Positions 1 through 12,332 of a stretch of 64,000 bases of DNA are shown here, one piece after another. The first letter of the stretch is position 1. Each line of letters opens with the position of its first letter. The position numbers and the translations under genes were made by a program. Under the pieces are notes generated by a model. The model was not told where the DNA came from. It saw only the letters and a program-made list of their open reading frames with translations, and did not search any database. Source of the DNA: Pseudovirgaria hyperparasitica (taxonomy: Eukaryota); assembly GCA_010093815.1 (NCBI GenBank), contig ML996573.1; one strand, written 5' to 3'.

Positions 1-1290
1 TTTATTTTTTTCTGCTGTCAGAGTAGAGGTTGCATATGTGGTGTTGGGTATCTGTCTTTTTCCTCCGTTGATACAGATCCGGAGATGTATGAGTATCATC
101 AGAATGTGAGCATCTGCTTTAGACGTCTAATATCAAGTAGAACATGTTATGAGTGTGAGACAATGAAAGAACTTTCGACAAGCGGCGTGTGATATGGCTC
201 CAGTGACAGTTCGTGGACTCGCGTCAATTGTATGTGATGGGTGAAGAAGCGGGGCACCTGTCCTGTTGATGGATGGCAGCAAATGCTGACTCGGACGGCG
301 TTTCACTGCTGCAGCCTGAGGCAGAATTGCTCCGCGGGGTAGGCTCACGGGCGTACTTGTGGCTTATTAAGCGAATGCTGGCTGGCTGATGTTAGTGCAA
401 GTGAGGTCGATCAGTGCATCGGAACAATCTACATACAGGTCGCCTGACTGTTATGTACAGTATGAGAGGCATATCTAGTAGTAGTGTTTGTGTTTGTGTA
501 TGTATCGCACAATGAACTCTGTCACTTTTCCTGTCCTGTGCAAGCTCGTGTATTCAGTGCGGCGACGGGCACGGGCAGTAAAACACGTTCTGTAACTAGT
601 TATTCCTCTTTTCTACACAACACTTGGAACTCAGATCTGGCCGGCCGATCCCGGAGCTTGGTACATGTCACAATTTTGATTAATGGCCAATGTTTTTCGA
701 TTGGCACATGCTCGAAAGTCTTAGCTCACTCAATTCATTAACCTATGTTATTACTCAAAACTTGAGATCTTACAGATAGTCCTCCACGAGTTAGGCCAAA
801 CGCCCCCATTTTCGGTTCTCTCGGTTTTTATATCAATACAATGTTGTCTTCCTTGCCATAACTTTATAAACCCGATAATCTCTCATTTCTTTGACGACCT
901 ACCTGGGCATTCCTTCTCTTTGCCCCCCCCGGCTCTTTGATCGCCTCGTTACCCAAATCATATCCCGCACTCACTATCCAACGCAAATTTTGGATCTTAC
1001 AAAGATGTATCAGAGCGCATAGCTCTGATTCTAGCTCACCATTGCAAACTCTCTCTGAGGACGCCCCCACCACGAATTTCAACGTCATTTCCAGGTGCAG
1101 ACAAACCGAGCTATCACACGCGCATCCATAACTATACCTCCGCATACCTCCGATCCTCTAGTCGCAGCGTCGCGACACACTTACAAGACGTCCAGTCTCC
1201 ACTCCGATCTGGCCGTTATTCTTTCACTCCAGGACTGATATTTCTCTTTCCAACACATTCTCATCGCCTTCATACCGGTCTTCGCCAATT

Positions 1291-2884
1291 ATGAAGCCCC
1301 AAATACCGAGACTCGAAGACTTTGGCATCTCTCCCGAATACGGTTTCCTTCCACCCGAATTGCCTCTGCTCCGCCTACCCAACCCGTACTATGCACAATG
1401 GGAGGCTGTGATTAGCAACCTGCAGGGTCTGGTGTTAAGCAAACGCCTGCGTGAGGTTGTACTCCGTCTACCAGTCCTGTCCACCGAACATCTCGAAACA
1501 GATTCCGAGTGGAGACGTGCATATGTAGTACTAGCATTTCTGTCGCATGCTTACATCTGGGGAGGGGACGTTCCGAGTGAGGTAAGTGCATTGCCACATA
1601 CTGTTTGGTTGCATTTTCAAGCAGAGCCCTGAGATCATGGATTGACCAATGATGTAGATCGTACCACCGCCGATCTCGCTACCCTTTCTGCAAGTTTGTC
1701 GATATCTGGAATTACCACCCGTCGCAACATACGCCAGCGTAGTCCTGTGGAACTGGCGACCGGTATTCGACAACGAACCTATCGACACTCTGTCCAACCT
1801 CGCTACACTCAACACTTTCACTGGCTCTCTCGATGAATCATGGTTCTACCTTGTGTCCGTTGCCATCGAGGCCAGAGCGGCCCCAATTCTCCCCATGATG
1901 CTTGATGCGATATCAGCAGCTCGTCGTGGAGATACATTGGTGGTTACAGACTGTCTTCGTGACTTCGCAGAGCGACTCGACGAACTCGGCACCTTACTAC
2001 AACGCATGTACGAGAACTGCGATCCACATGTCTTCTACCACCGCATTCGCCCCTTCCTTGCAGGCAGTTCAAACATGGCCAGTGCCGGCCTGCCAAACGG
2101 CGTCATGTTCGACACTGGTGTAGGCCCCCAGTCCTGGGTCCAGTTCTCCGGAGGCTCCAATGCGCAGTCTTCCATCATACAATTCTTCGACCTCGTCTTG
2201 GGCGTCGAACACCGTCCGACTGGCGAGCGTGCGCAAGTCTCCTCACTATCGAGTACATCACCCGGAGCCCCCTCTGCACCGCCCGCCCCATCCAACAACT
2301 TCATCCTCGACATGCGCAAGTACATGCCGGGCCCACACCGACGCTTCCTCGAACACGTCGCCAGCATCGCCAACATCAAAGACTTCGTCACCACACATCA
2401 ACACGACCGCGCGCTATGTACAGCATATGACGCATCGCTTGCCATGCTCCGCGCCTTCCGCGATAAGCATATCCAGATGGTCAGCCGCTACATCATCGTC
2501 AAGAGCCGCGAGACCAGGAGCCACGAGCGCAGCAGCAGCAGTCTAACAACACCGCCCGCCAAGCTCCCCCAACAACGCAAGATCAACATCGCGAGCGCGC
2601 TCGATCCGACGACTGGTCTCAAAAAGGACGGGCTGCGTGGCACGGGGGGCACGGCGCTCATACCGTTCTTGAAACAGGCACGTGATGAGACTGGCGAGCC
2701 TGCGATCGATGCCTGGGCAAGGAGACTGCTGGGTGATGCGCCGACGGTGGGCAAGACAAGCTTCGACTTTGGAGGGTATAGGATGGCGAAGACGAAGGAG
2801 AGTGGAAGTGGTGAGATGGAGGTTGTTGGGCTGGCTGGGACGTGGAGTGTGGATGATAGCGAGGGCGGTATATGCCATTGGTGA
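1291..2884 (+). CDS. BNA2: Indoleamine 2,3-dioxygenase (fungal IDO); exons 1291-1581, 1658-2884
   Basis: GTAAGT..TAG intron at 1582-1657 joins the ORFs in frame. Motifs YGFLP, HAYIWG, TFTGSLDESWFYLVSVAIE, FYHRIRPFLAG, GGSNAQSS, MRKYMPGPHRRFL, RGTGGTALIPFLKQARDET. Confidence 0.95.
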
Positions 2885-3878
2885 AGAAGAAGAAAACTTT
2901 TCGTTCCAATGCAGAAAGTTACGTCGCAGCCGCAGACCGTAAACTCGTTCTTAAGAAAAAAACCTGGAAGACAGAAAAAAAAGACACGAGGTTGGGATAC
3001 GGGTCAGGTATACATACACACACATACCCAGCCGACTTTCTTCGCTTTGGTTAACGTTGTACATAGACATGGATCTCACGATACGAGCGTGCGCGCCTCT
3101 GGACACCCCTCCTCTTTGGGCGATAGCGGATTGAATATGTGTATATATGTATGTATGTGTGTATTGGGACAATGGCGCTTCAATCTGTATATATATAATC
3201 ACCCATTCTTATCATCTTATGACGAGGTGAGTCGATAGCTGTACTATTATGTAAAAAAGAAAGATAGAAAGTAAACAACACATTCAATGCGAAGTCTAAG
3301 GAGGCGTCATGTGAGAACGTCAGATACGCTAGATAGATGTATGTTGACTTTGCTCTGTGCCTGGGGAATGGAAGGAAGGAGCGACTCGGCCTTTGCTTCG
3401 CACGAAGTTGTGCAAACAAAGCCTAACCACGTTCTTGTGGTGAATGTGAAACTGATTTGAATTTCTTGTTTGATGAGGAATTATTGTAATCTTCTCCTTC
3501 TATCAAGCAGTGAGTTACTAGTAGCACTACTGCAATATGGATTCTTTTTTCGGACACGTTGTGGCTATGTAGTGTTCAGAGCAGGCTTGGTTTGGTCGTG
3601 CCCGTGCAAGTGCAGCTAGGATTTCAGGTAGCTTCAACGACGTGGAGGTTTTAATATTCTTTTGGAAATCGGAAATACCAATGAAAGGTTTTAGATCTAT
3701 GTGTGTGTTCTGCAACGCCGACTTAAGAACGGAAGTACAACGATCTTACAATGGATATCCTACAAGAATGTACAGCGGGCGACAAGCGCGCCTTGCGCCA
3801 TCGCACCAGATGCATGCATATATATGTACAACGAACAGGCCGCCACAGACGCGCGAACAAGCGCCGATCCAAGCCCCT

Positions 3879-5323
3879 TCAAAACAACCGATTCTCCTCC
3901 TCCTTGGCCCTGTTCTGCATGAAGTTCATGCAGAGCAAGGCCGACGCGACGCTGACATTGAACGAGTCGAGTTCGATATTGACCCGGTCGATTGGGGCTG
4001 CGGTCGTGATTGAGACACGGTTCTGCGCCATCCTGATCATGTGTTTGCTGAGCCCGGTCTCTTCGTTGCCCAGCATCAGGATCGTCGGTCCGTCCTGGAG
4101 CGGCGTGTCGGGTCCTCGCTTGGGCTCGAAGGTGATCCGCGGGAAGCCCTGGTGGACGTCTGCTACCATGGCTGCTGCAAAGCAGTTCCAGCCGCTCTCC
4201 TGGCGGCTGCGCTGGATCAACGCCTCTGGGTTGTCCACTTTGAACAATCGCACTGCTTCGAGGGCTCCCGAGGATGCCTTGCCGGTGATGGCTGAGAGAG
4301 GCGCGGAGCGGCGGGCGTTCATGATGATGCCGTCGACGCCTAGGAGATAGGCGGAGCGTAGGATAGCGCCGAAGTTGCCTTCGTCGGCTATGCCGTCCAG
4401 ATATAGTAGGAATGGGTATCGCCATCCATTGCTCTGATACACGTATCTGGTTTCTGTGCCGTTGACATCTTGTTCCTCTTTCGTTTGGGGTGCTGGGACG
4501 ACGTCGAAATGCTCGTCTTTCAAAGATACGGGGCCGAGATGCGAGATTGGAAGAACGGGTAGTGGCGAAGTTTCGAGTATGATACCCTGTTCCGTCTCGT
4601 TAGCTGGAATCGCAGTGGTGCTTATGAGTGACTTACGTTGTGCGGTCGGCCACCGGAGAGCTTATACATTATCGAGTCATATTCGAAGCCGCAATTCTCA
4701 ATCCTTGCGCCACGCATAGCAGCCCATCTGGTCAATGCCTCGTGTTCCTCTCCCCTGTCCTCTGGTTTGACGCGGAGATATAGCCGGTAGATCTTTCTGC
4801 GACCTGATTTCAGAGCCGCAAGCACGGCCGAATGACCGTACAAGAATTGCGATGCAGCGGTCGTGTAAGGAATCCGCACCCAAGGAGGCAAGGGCCTACT
4901 GTGTTGACGATCTTCCGGGGCCACGTAACCCGTTTCTATTGTTTTCGCCGTGGGAAACTTCGTCCTGTCAGGCAAGCTCCAAGAGTCGTTATCGCGAGGT
5001 CTCTGGTGGTGGTATGTGCTTCTTTCCGACCTTCTGATTCCCTCGGGCTTATGTGCTGTGGGACGGGGTGCTCGTTGATATCTGTTCCCATCGCTGTAAT
5101 CATTCGCCGTCCTCGACCTAGATGTATCATCTGTCCGGCGTTCTCTGTAAGTACCCCTTGCGCCATAATCAGGTTTTGGGTATCTGTCCCGCCTTCCCTC
5201 GTCATCTTGCCGCAGAGCTCGGTGTATGGCAGTGTACGTCGATGCAGGTCGCTCCCGTGATGCTGTACAAAATCGATATGCTGAGCATGCCAGGTGAGGC
5301 GATGGTGAGGCCCGCGCGAGCAT
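3879..5323 (-). CDS. MRM1: Mitochondrial rRNA 2'-O-ribose methyltransferase (SpoU/TrmH family); exons 5323-4637, 4586-3879
   Basis: Arg/Ser-rich N-terminus, FLYGHSAVLAAL, GRPHN|GIILE across the GTAAGT..CAG intron, DEGNFGAILRSAYLLG, LGNEETGL, DSFNVSVASA. Confidence 0.9.
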
Positions 5324-5864
5324 ACTTCAGTTACTCCGATAGTCGTCGTAGTTGCGCGCAGTTGCGTATATGATCGCAATGAGCGAGGAGAACGTTCAAA
5401 ACTCGTGTGATCATTGATTGTCAAGTAAGATGGATATCGTTAGCATATTTAGTGCACATTTGCAAACATAGACATTTAGGACGTGGTCTTTAATGCAGTG
5501 CAACGGACATAAATTTTGGCAAGCCGAGCGTGCACGTCCCCCAAACGCGTCTCCAGAGCGGCCTGCCGTGACGATCAATGGATGAACTTCGCGTTGCGCT
5601 CAGGTACGCGACCAACAACATCAGGTATAGCACATTTGATTGCACTCTGCGTGTCCTCGGCGCTTGCGGGCATAAAGCTGAGTGCAGACCTACGGTCATA
5701 TAGATTTCTACAGTATAGTACGTCTTCAAGACCCTAGGAGGTCCGACTCAAGAGCTACACTGACAAAGTTACAGCCTCATCAATGTAGATTTTCTGCACG
5801 TCCTCTTCCTCGCGCAAGCATAACTGGTAGAGCTCTGTAGCTGTCAAGGATACATCCCCCGAAT

Positions 5865-8800
5865 ATGGTCAAACGAAAATCGTACCGCGCGGCCAGCGCA
5901 GTCCAGCCAACGTCGGCTGGTACGTCGCAAGTGGCAGTAGTCATTCCAGACAAACCGCCTCGGTATCCGCGACGGTCCTACAAGTATTACAAGGAGTCGG
6001 ACATAGTTCGTAAGGTACTGAAAGAGAATGAGGGGGCGGACACTGTAATGTACGAGGTTCAATTTGAGGATTACCATAACGAGACTGTGAGTTCACCTTT
6101 TCGGCGAGTAGACAGCCATTCGGTGAAGTTGAGAAGCATTTGCTGGCCTGTCAAAGGTCGTCTTTCACGGTCTCTCTGAACCGTATCCCTGTAGAATCTG
6201 CCTCTCGACTGTCAACTGCTTCACCTAGACCTTGACCGTACTTTTCTGACCTAAAACCCTAGGTACCATTCGATCGTCTCCTCGGTCTTGAAAACGGCGA
6301 AAAGGCTTTACAAACCTTCCAAGAGCATCCTGATACTGAATCACTGGACGAAGATTCGGATATAGACATGAAATTACGAATAACCAACAGGAGGAAAAGC
6401 CCCGAGGAGGATTTCTCTGATGGAGAAGGTTTCGATACAGATGATGGCAGTAGTGACCTCGATCCAGTTGTTCAGAAGCGAAAAGGCCGACCTGTTTCGA
6501 CAGAGCACTATAGAGGGTCTAGAGCGGGGCGCAGAAAGAAAAGGCGCGCCGTCGACTCTGATGACGACTCTGAATTCAACAGTCGACGTCGGTCTAGGAG
6601 AACCACCGCGTCACGGAATACCAGATCTTCAACAGTGGCATCAGGACCAGCTCGACGTAGTACTCGCGCGTCCACGGCAATAGCTATTGACGATTTCGAA
6701 GACGACGAAGACGAGTCTTCATCTGGAAGCGAAATGGAACTGCTTCGATCAGATGTAGCACCACGCCGAAAACGTCGCCGGCTTGGACCGGGTCGTCAAC
6801 AATTGCTTCGCAAGAAGATCCCAAAGGAAGGGACTCGAAAGTCAGATCGCGCAACAAGACATCAGACCAACATGCAAGAGGCAGGCCTGGAGGATGCGTA
6901 TCGGTCAGACTCCTCTGAAGACCTAGCAGCACCTAAAGCAATCACGAGTGTTCGAGAATACTTCCAGGAACTGCCAAGAAACTCAGAGTTCAGAGGCCGT
7001 CACATCATGCATTGCGAAACATGCGGCAATGGAACCTCTGCTGGGCCCCTGATTCATTGCCAAGGCTGTATCCTTAGCTACCATAAGCAGTGTCTTGGTC
7101 CCAGAAACCAAAGAGAGCATTTGGTAACGAAGATCGGACACCATGACTTTGTCTTGCAATGCCGACGTTGCGTCAATACTGCAAGGAAGCGCGAGCAGAC
7201 AGCGCCAGACTTTGCAAAGTGTCAAGCCTGTAACGAGGTTGGCTTATCGTGTATTCCGTTTCGAGAACGCAAAACGCCTATGCAAGAGCAAAAGGATCGC
7301 GAGAACAACCACGGCGAAGACCCTATCGCTAACGTCAATCCCAAACTCATTAATAATGTGAACAATGTCATGTTCCGCTGCAACAAGTGCACCCGTCCTT
7401 TCCACTTCCATCATCTCGAACCACGGTCCACCCATCATATGGATATAGACAGAGACGATGAAGAAGCAGCGAGCGAACGCTATGGCGAGTATTGCCGTGA
7501 CTGGCTGTGTAAAGACTGCGTGTCAGCGAAGAAGGTTGCTACGCTGATAGCGTGGCGTCCTCGAGATCTGGACACTTACCCGGCTGGACTTGGCGCTGAA
7601 GACATGGACGAAGACGATATTGAATACCTCGTCAAGTGGGATAATCAGTCCTACTTCCGAGCTACTTGGATGCCCGGTCCGTGGGTTTGGGGAGTCACTG
7701 CTCCTGCTATGCGCAAGGCCTTCCTCAAGCGAGAAGACGGGCCCAAGATGCGAACAGAAGATGCGATTCCTGAGGAGTTTCTGCGCATTGATATTGTCCT
7801 GGACGTGCGCTACACGAGTATCGTCGACATCCGGACCGAGGAGATCGATAAAGCCCGTGTCAAAGAGGTCGACGAGGCTTTGATCAAATATAAAGGTTTG
7901 GGTTATGAAGATGCTGTATGGGAGAAGGTCCCCGAGCCTGAAGACGGCGACAGATGGGTTGACTTCGTGACGGCTTATAACGACTGGGTCTTGGGCAGAT
8001 ACATTCACGCCCCCAAGCAGGGCCCTCTTAAGATCCGCCTGGAGAAACTTCGAGCACAACCTTTTGCTAAGTTGGAGAAAACTAAGCAGCCGGAGAATCT
8101 TATTGGTGGTGAGCTCATGAAGTACCAGGTAGAAGGTCTCAATTGGCTCTACTACCAATGGTATTGTCAAAAGAATGGCATCCTCGCTGATGAGATGGGG
8201 CTTGGAAAGACGATTCAAATCATTGGCTACATGGCGACGTTGGTTCAAGATCACAACTGTTTCCCCTTCCTGGTCGTTGTACCAAACTCCACTTGCGCCA
8301 ACTGGCGAAGAGAGATCAAGCAGTGGGCGCCTTCATTGCGCGTTGTCACGTATTTTGGGTCTTCTGCCGCTCGCAGTATGGCTTACCGACACGAGATGTT
8401 CCCCGAGGGAAGCAAGGATCTTCGCTGTCACGTTGTGGTCACTTCGTATGAGGCTGCCATTGACGATTCCAGTAGGAAGTTTTACAGAAGTGTGCATTGG
8501 GCAGGTCTGATCGTTGATGAGGGCCAACGCCTGAAGAGCGATAAGAGTCAGCTTTACAATGCACTGAACTCTCTTCGTGCACCTTTCAAAGTACTCCTTA
8601 CTGGCACACCTTTGCAGAATAACGCGCGAGAACTGTTCAACCTTTTGCAATTCTTGGACGACAAGTGTGATGCGGCTGCACTTGAAGAAAAATATGCCGA
8701 GATGAATAAAGAGAACATCACTGAGCTGCACGCTCTCATACGACCCTTTATCCTCAGACGAACCAAGGTCCAAGTACTTACTTTCCTCCCTCCCATGGCA

Positions 8801-11137
8801 CAGATCATCGTTCCTTTGACCATGAGCTACCTTCAGAAGAAGCTTTACAAGTCTATTCTAGGCAAGAATCCTGAGCTTTTGAAGGCTCTGTTCTCGGCTA
8901 CAAACAAATCTGTCAAACCAACTGAGCGGGCGAATCTCAACAATCTCTTGATGCAACTCAGAAAATGTCTTTGCCACCCGTTCATCTACAGTCGAGAGAT
9001 TGAAGAGCGCACTGAAGTAGCGGCGATTTCTCATCGAAATCTGGTCCAAGCTTCTGCAAAGCTTCAATTATTGGAGCTCCTCCTTCCGAAACTGCAAGAA
9101 CGGGGCCATCGTGTCCTCATCTTCAGTCAATTCCTGGACATGCTCGACGTCGTCGAGGACTTCCTCGATGGCCTGCAGATGCGCTATCAGCGTCTCGACG
9201 GCACCATGGGTTCGCTGGAGAAGCAAAAACGTATTGACGAATTCAATGCTCCAGAGTCTTCTTTATTCGCCTTTCTTCTGTCAACTCGTGCGGGTGGCGT
9301 TGGAATCAACCTCGCCACGGCTGACACCGTTATAATTCTTGACCCAGATTTCAATCCTCACCAGGACATTCAAGCCCTTTCACGTGCTCACCGTATAGGG
9401 CAGAAAAAGAAGGTGCTTTGTTTTCAACTGATGACCCGGTCCAGCGCTGAAGAAAAAATTGTTCAGATCGGGCGAAAAAAGATGGCCCTAGACCACGTCG
9501 TCGTAGAATCAATGGGTGACGAAGACATTGAAGAGAAAGATGTGGAGTCTATTCTAAAGCACGGCGCTACTGAGCTGTTCTCTGAGGAAAGCACGAACGA
9601 TATCAAGTTTGATGACGCTTCCGTAGACAAGCTGCTGGACAGATCACAGATGGAGGAAACGAAAGCAGGCGCGGAAAATTCAGCAGAGTCGCAATTTAGC
9701 TTCGCTAGAGTGTGGGCAAACGACAAGGGTGCTCTCGCGGAGGATATCGATGTGCCAGACGACGAGCCAGAACAAATGCCGGATCCTTCTCTTTGGGAAA
9801 ACATCCTGAAGGAACGTGATCGTATTGCCGCAGCTGAGGCTGCAGCGAAACAACGGGATCTTGGAAGAGGCAAGCGTGCTAGAAACGTAAGAAGGAACAA
9901 ATGTATGGTGAACGAATGCTTACAAGGTGCCAGACCATCGACTACACGCTTCAAGACGAAAAGGCCGAAGCTGGGGACAATGCGCCTTCACCAGCGAAGC
10001 CAAAGCACCGAAAGAAGAAGTCCGCGAATGATAGCGATACAGACTTCCAAGCCGAAGGAAGCAGTGAGGAATCCGGAGAGGAGGAAATCGGGGCAAATGA
10101 TGGTACTGAACACTCACCCAAGAAGAACTCCGAGGGGCAAAAGAAGAGCTCGGGTAAGAAAACCTTTTCTTCTCCTAAGTCTCAAAAGTCGCCAAGTAGG
10201 ATTGGAAAAGCGACATTCTCTGTCCCTACCATAACCATTGATCTGTCCAAACCGTTCGGCATGTTGAAGGGGCAAAGCAAGCCCAAGGCAGTCAACCTGC
10301 CTCAAAGCCCGCCAAGATCAGCTGCTAAACATCAAACTCTTGGAAATCTCGCGAAAGTCTTGCCGACCACGCCATCTGCACGGCCTCTCGTCGACTTCCC
10401 TGCGGGGGAGATTGTCGTTATTGATTGAAGACTTTGATGGTTCGCGGCTTGATCTGGCCGGCCTTTTCTCCTTTTGACCCCTTACCCTGTTCCCCTTTCT
10501 ATTCCAATTCCCTTTCAATTTCACGTCAATCTTCGATCACACGGCGCTGACATCATACAAAGTCCATAAATTCGAGCGTGTACGAGTACCTACAGTTCCA
10601 AACCCCGACGGCATGCTTCCGTATCCCCCCTCCTCACAAGCTTGCCACGCATGTACCAAGATGCATCCCAAAGGGGCATGTCCCCTGAAAGTTGCAGGCG
10701 TGGAATACTGCGGCCTTTGCGGACTGGCACATTATGGTATTCAACGGGTCTGCCCGCATTTCCACAGCGAGACACAAGTCCGCGAGATGCTCCAGGCCCT
10801 CAAGAGCTCTGGCGAGCCATCAAACATCGTTGAGGCTGCAACAAAGTATCTTCGAGGGTTGAAAGGTAATTTAGTACAAGAGAAAAAGAAGCGACGAGAA
10901 AAGGCCATGGGCTTAGCTACTGGGGCTCTTGCAGCGAACGTCAAAGGCGTAAGGCCGACAGTTCCTGGACAGGTTGTAAATTCGATGCAACCAGGCGAAA
11001 GCAACGGGCACCTTTCAGAGGAGGCTAGAGCTCATTCTCAACAAATACAGAATGGGATCAATGGAATCAATGGTACTAACGGTAATATCGACGATGACAG
11101 CGTTGCGTCAGCACTGATGGGTTATCTTGGGCGTTGA
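5865..11137 (+). CDS. mit1: SNF2-family CHD/Mi-2-like chromatin remodeler (Mit1-like: PHD fingers, chromo-like domains, helicase, C-terminal Zn finger); exons 5865-6086, 6263-9886, 9934-10153 (or -10195), 10563-11137
   Basis: PHD-type CETC..CQGC..YHKQC; ILADEMGLGKT, IVDEGQRLK, LTGTPLQNN, LSTRAGGVGINL, QALSRAHRIGQ. C-terminal CHAC..H..C..CGLCGLAH..CPH. All introns have canonical ends and keep frame. Confidence 0.88.
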
Positions 11138-11595
11138 TTTTGTTTACGTCGGGTCCATTTTAGGTTTGGTCTCGGTTGCTTCGGAGTGAACGTTGTGCTG
11201 GCTTTTTAGATCTTCTAATCTCGGTCTTCTCGGCGGCACTTTGGATTTATATACCTATTGCGAGATACTCAGGATAGTGGAGTCCATGCGATGTCTGCAG
11301 CTAGCACTCGCACAGCGCACCAGTACAATGAATGCACAATGACCTGAAGTTAACTCAGCTCGACCATGTTGCATCGTATCATCCATCCAGACACCGCTGT
11401 TCTATCCATGAACACGAGCCAAAACAGCATTGTTCGCCGCCTCATCGAGTTTCTCACCTTCACGTATATCCTTTCCACTCTCTCCTGGCAGTCATTCCCG
11501 ATAATGCTACTTCTTCCCTCCCTCCTCTGACCTCTTCCCGCAGATATAAGACCGACATATAACCCTACATACTCGCAAGACAACCCCGACACAAC

Positions 11596-11886
11596 ATGCG
11601 CACCACATACCCTGCCAATCTGACATACTGTCTCCTCAGTCTCACCACGCTCCTCCTTCCTTTCACCAAGGCTTATCCTCGGCCTGGCGCCGCCACGTAC
11701 ACGACGAAACCAATATACCCCCGTCTCAACACAACATATGCGCGAAGTAATGCGACTATAGCCTGTGGACCCGTGCAATGGATGTGCGCTGATTCGACGG
11801 GGCCATGCCTGTATGGTGAGTTGACGGAGGCATCGAGGAGTCTGTTTGGGGATCAGTGGATCGAGGATAAGCGCAGGTTTCGTTGA
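11596..11886 (+). CDS. Putative small secreted protein (96 aa), unknown function
   Basis: Hydrophobic N-terminus YCLLSLTTLLLPFTKA, NTT/NAT sequons, three Cys in the mature part, TATA-like elements 40-50 bp upstream. No recognised homology. Confidence 0.45.
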   Translation: MRTTYPANLTYCLLSLTTLLLPFTKAYPRPGAATYTTKPIYPRLNTTYARSNATIACGPVQWMCADSTGPCLYGELTEASRSLFGDQWIEDKRRFR

Positions 11887-12332
11887 GAGTTGAGTAATTG
11901 GAATGGACGGGGTTTGAGGCGGATCAGTAAACTTGGCTAGGTGTTCGAGGCGGATGGAAGAGTATTCGGGGAGCTGGAAGTTGGAGACTGTTGGGTAGGA
12001 ACTTGAGCACGGCGAAACTAGTGGATCTCCTGGCTTTGACATATGTTATATTATGTCTTCCTTTGGAGGTACGATACGTCCTCAATAGCGACGTTGACAA
12101 CATTCATTCGTCGCCAAAATGTATGCATTGGTAAGCACACGCAAGGAGGGATCGCGAATGTTAGACTAGTATTCGTTGTATGACATGATGTGCTTTTAGA
12201 AAGAGACGACACTGAACTGTTTATGCAAAACCGAGAAGAAGACAATTTCTAATAAACGCCATACATGTGAGTGTCAAAACACCTTGCCGTAACACGTCCA
12301 GTCGTGATTCGTGAGTCATGAAGCAAAACCTA

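Noticed and set aside
634..10463. GATCTGGCCGGCC occurring at about 634 and about 10451
   Set aside because: A repeated 13-mer is expected by chance in 64 kb.
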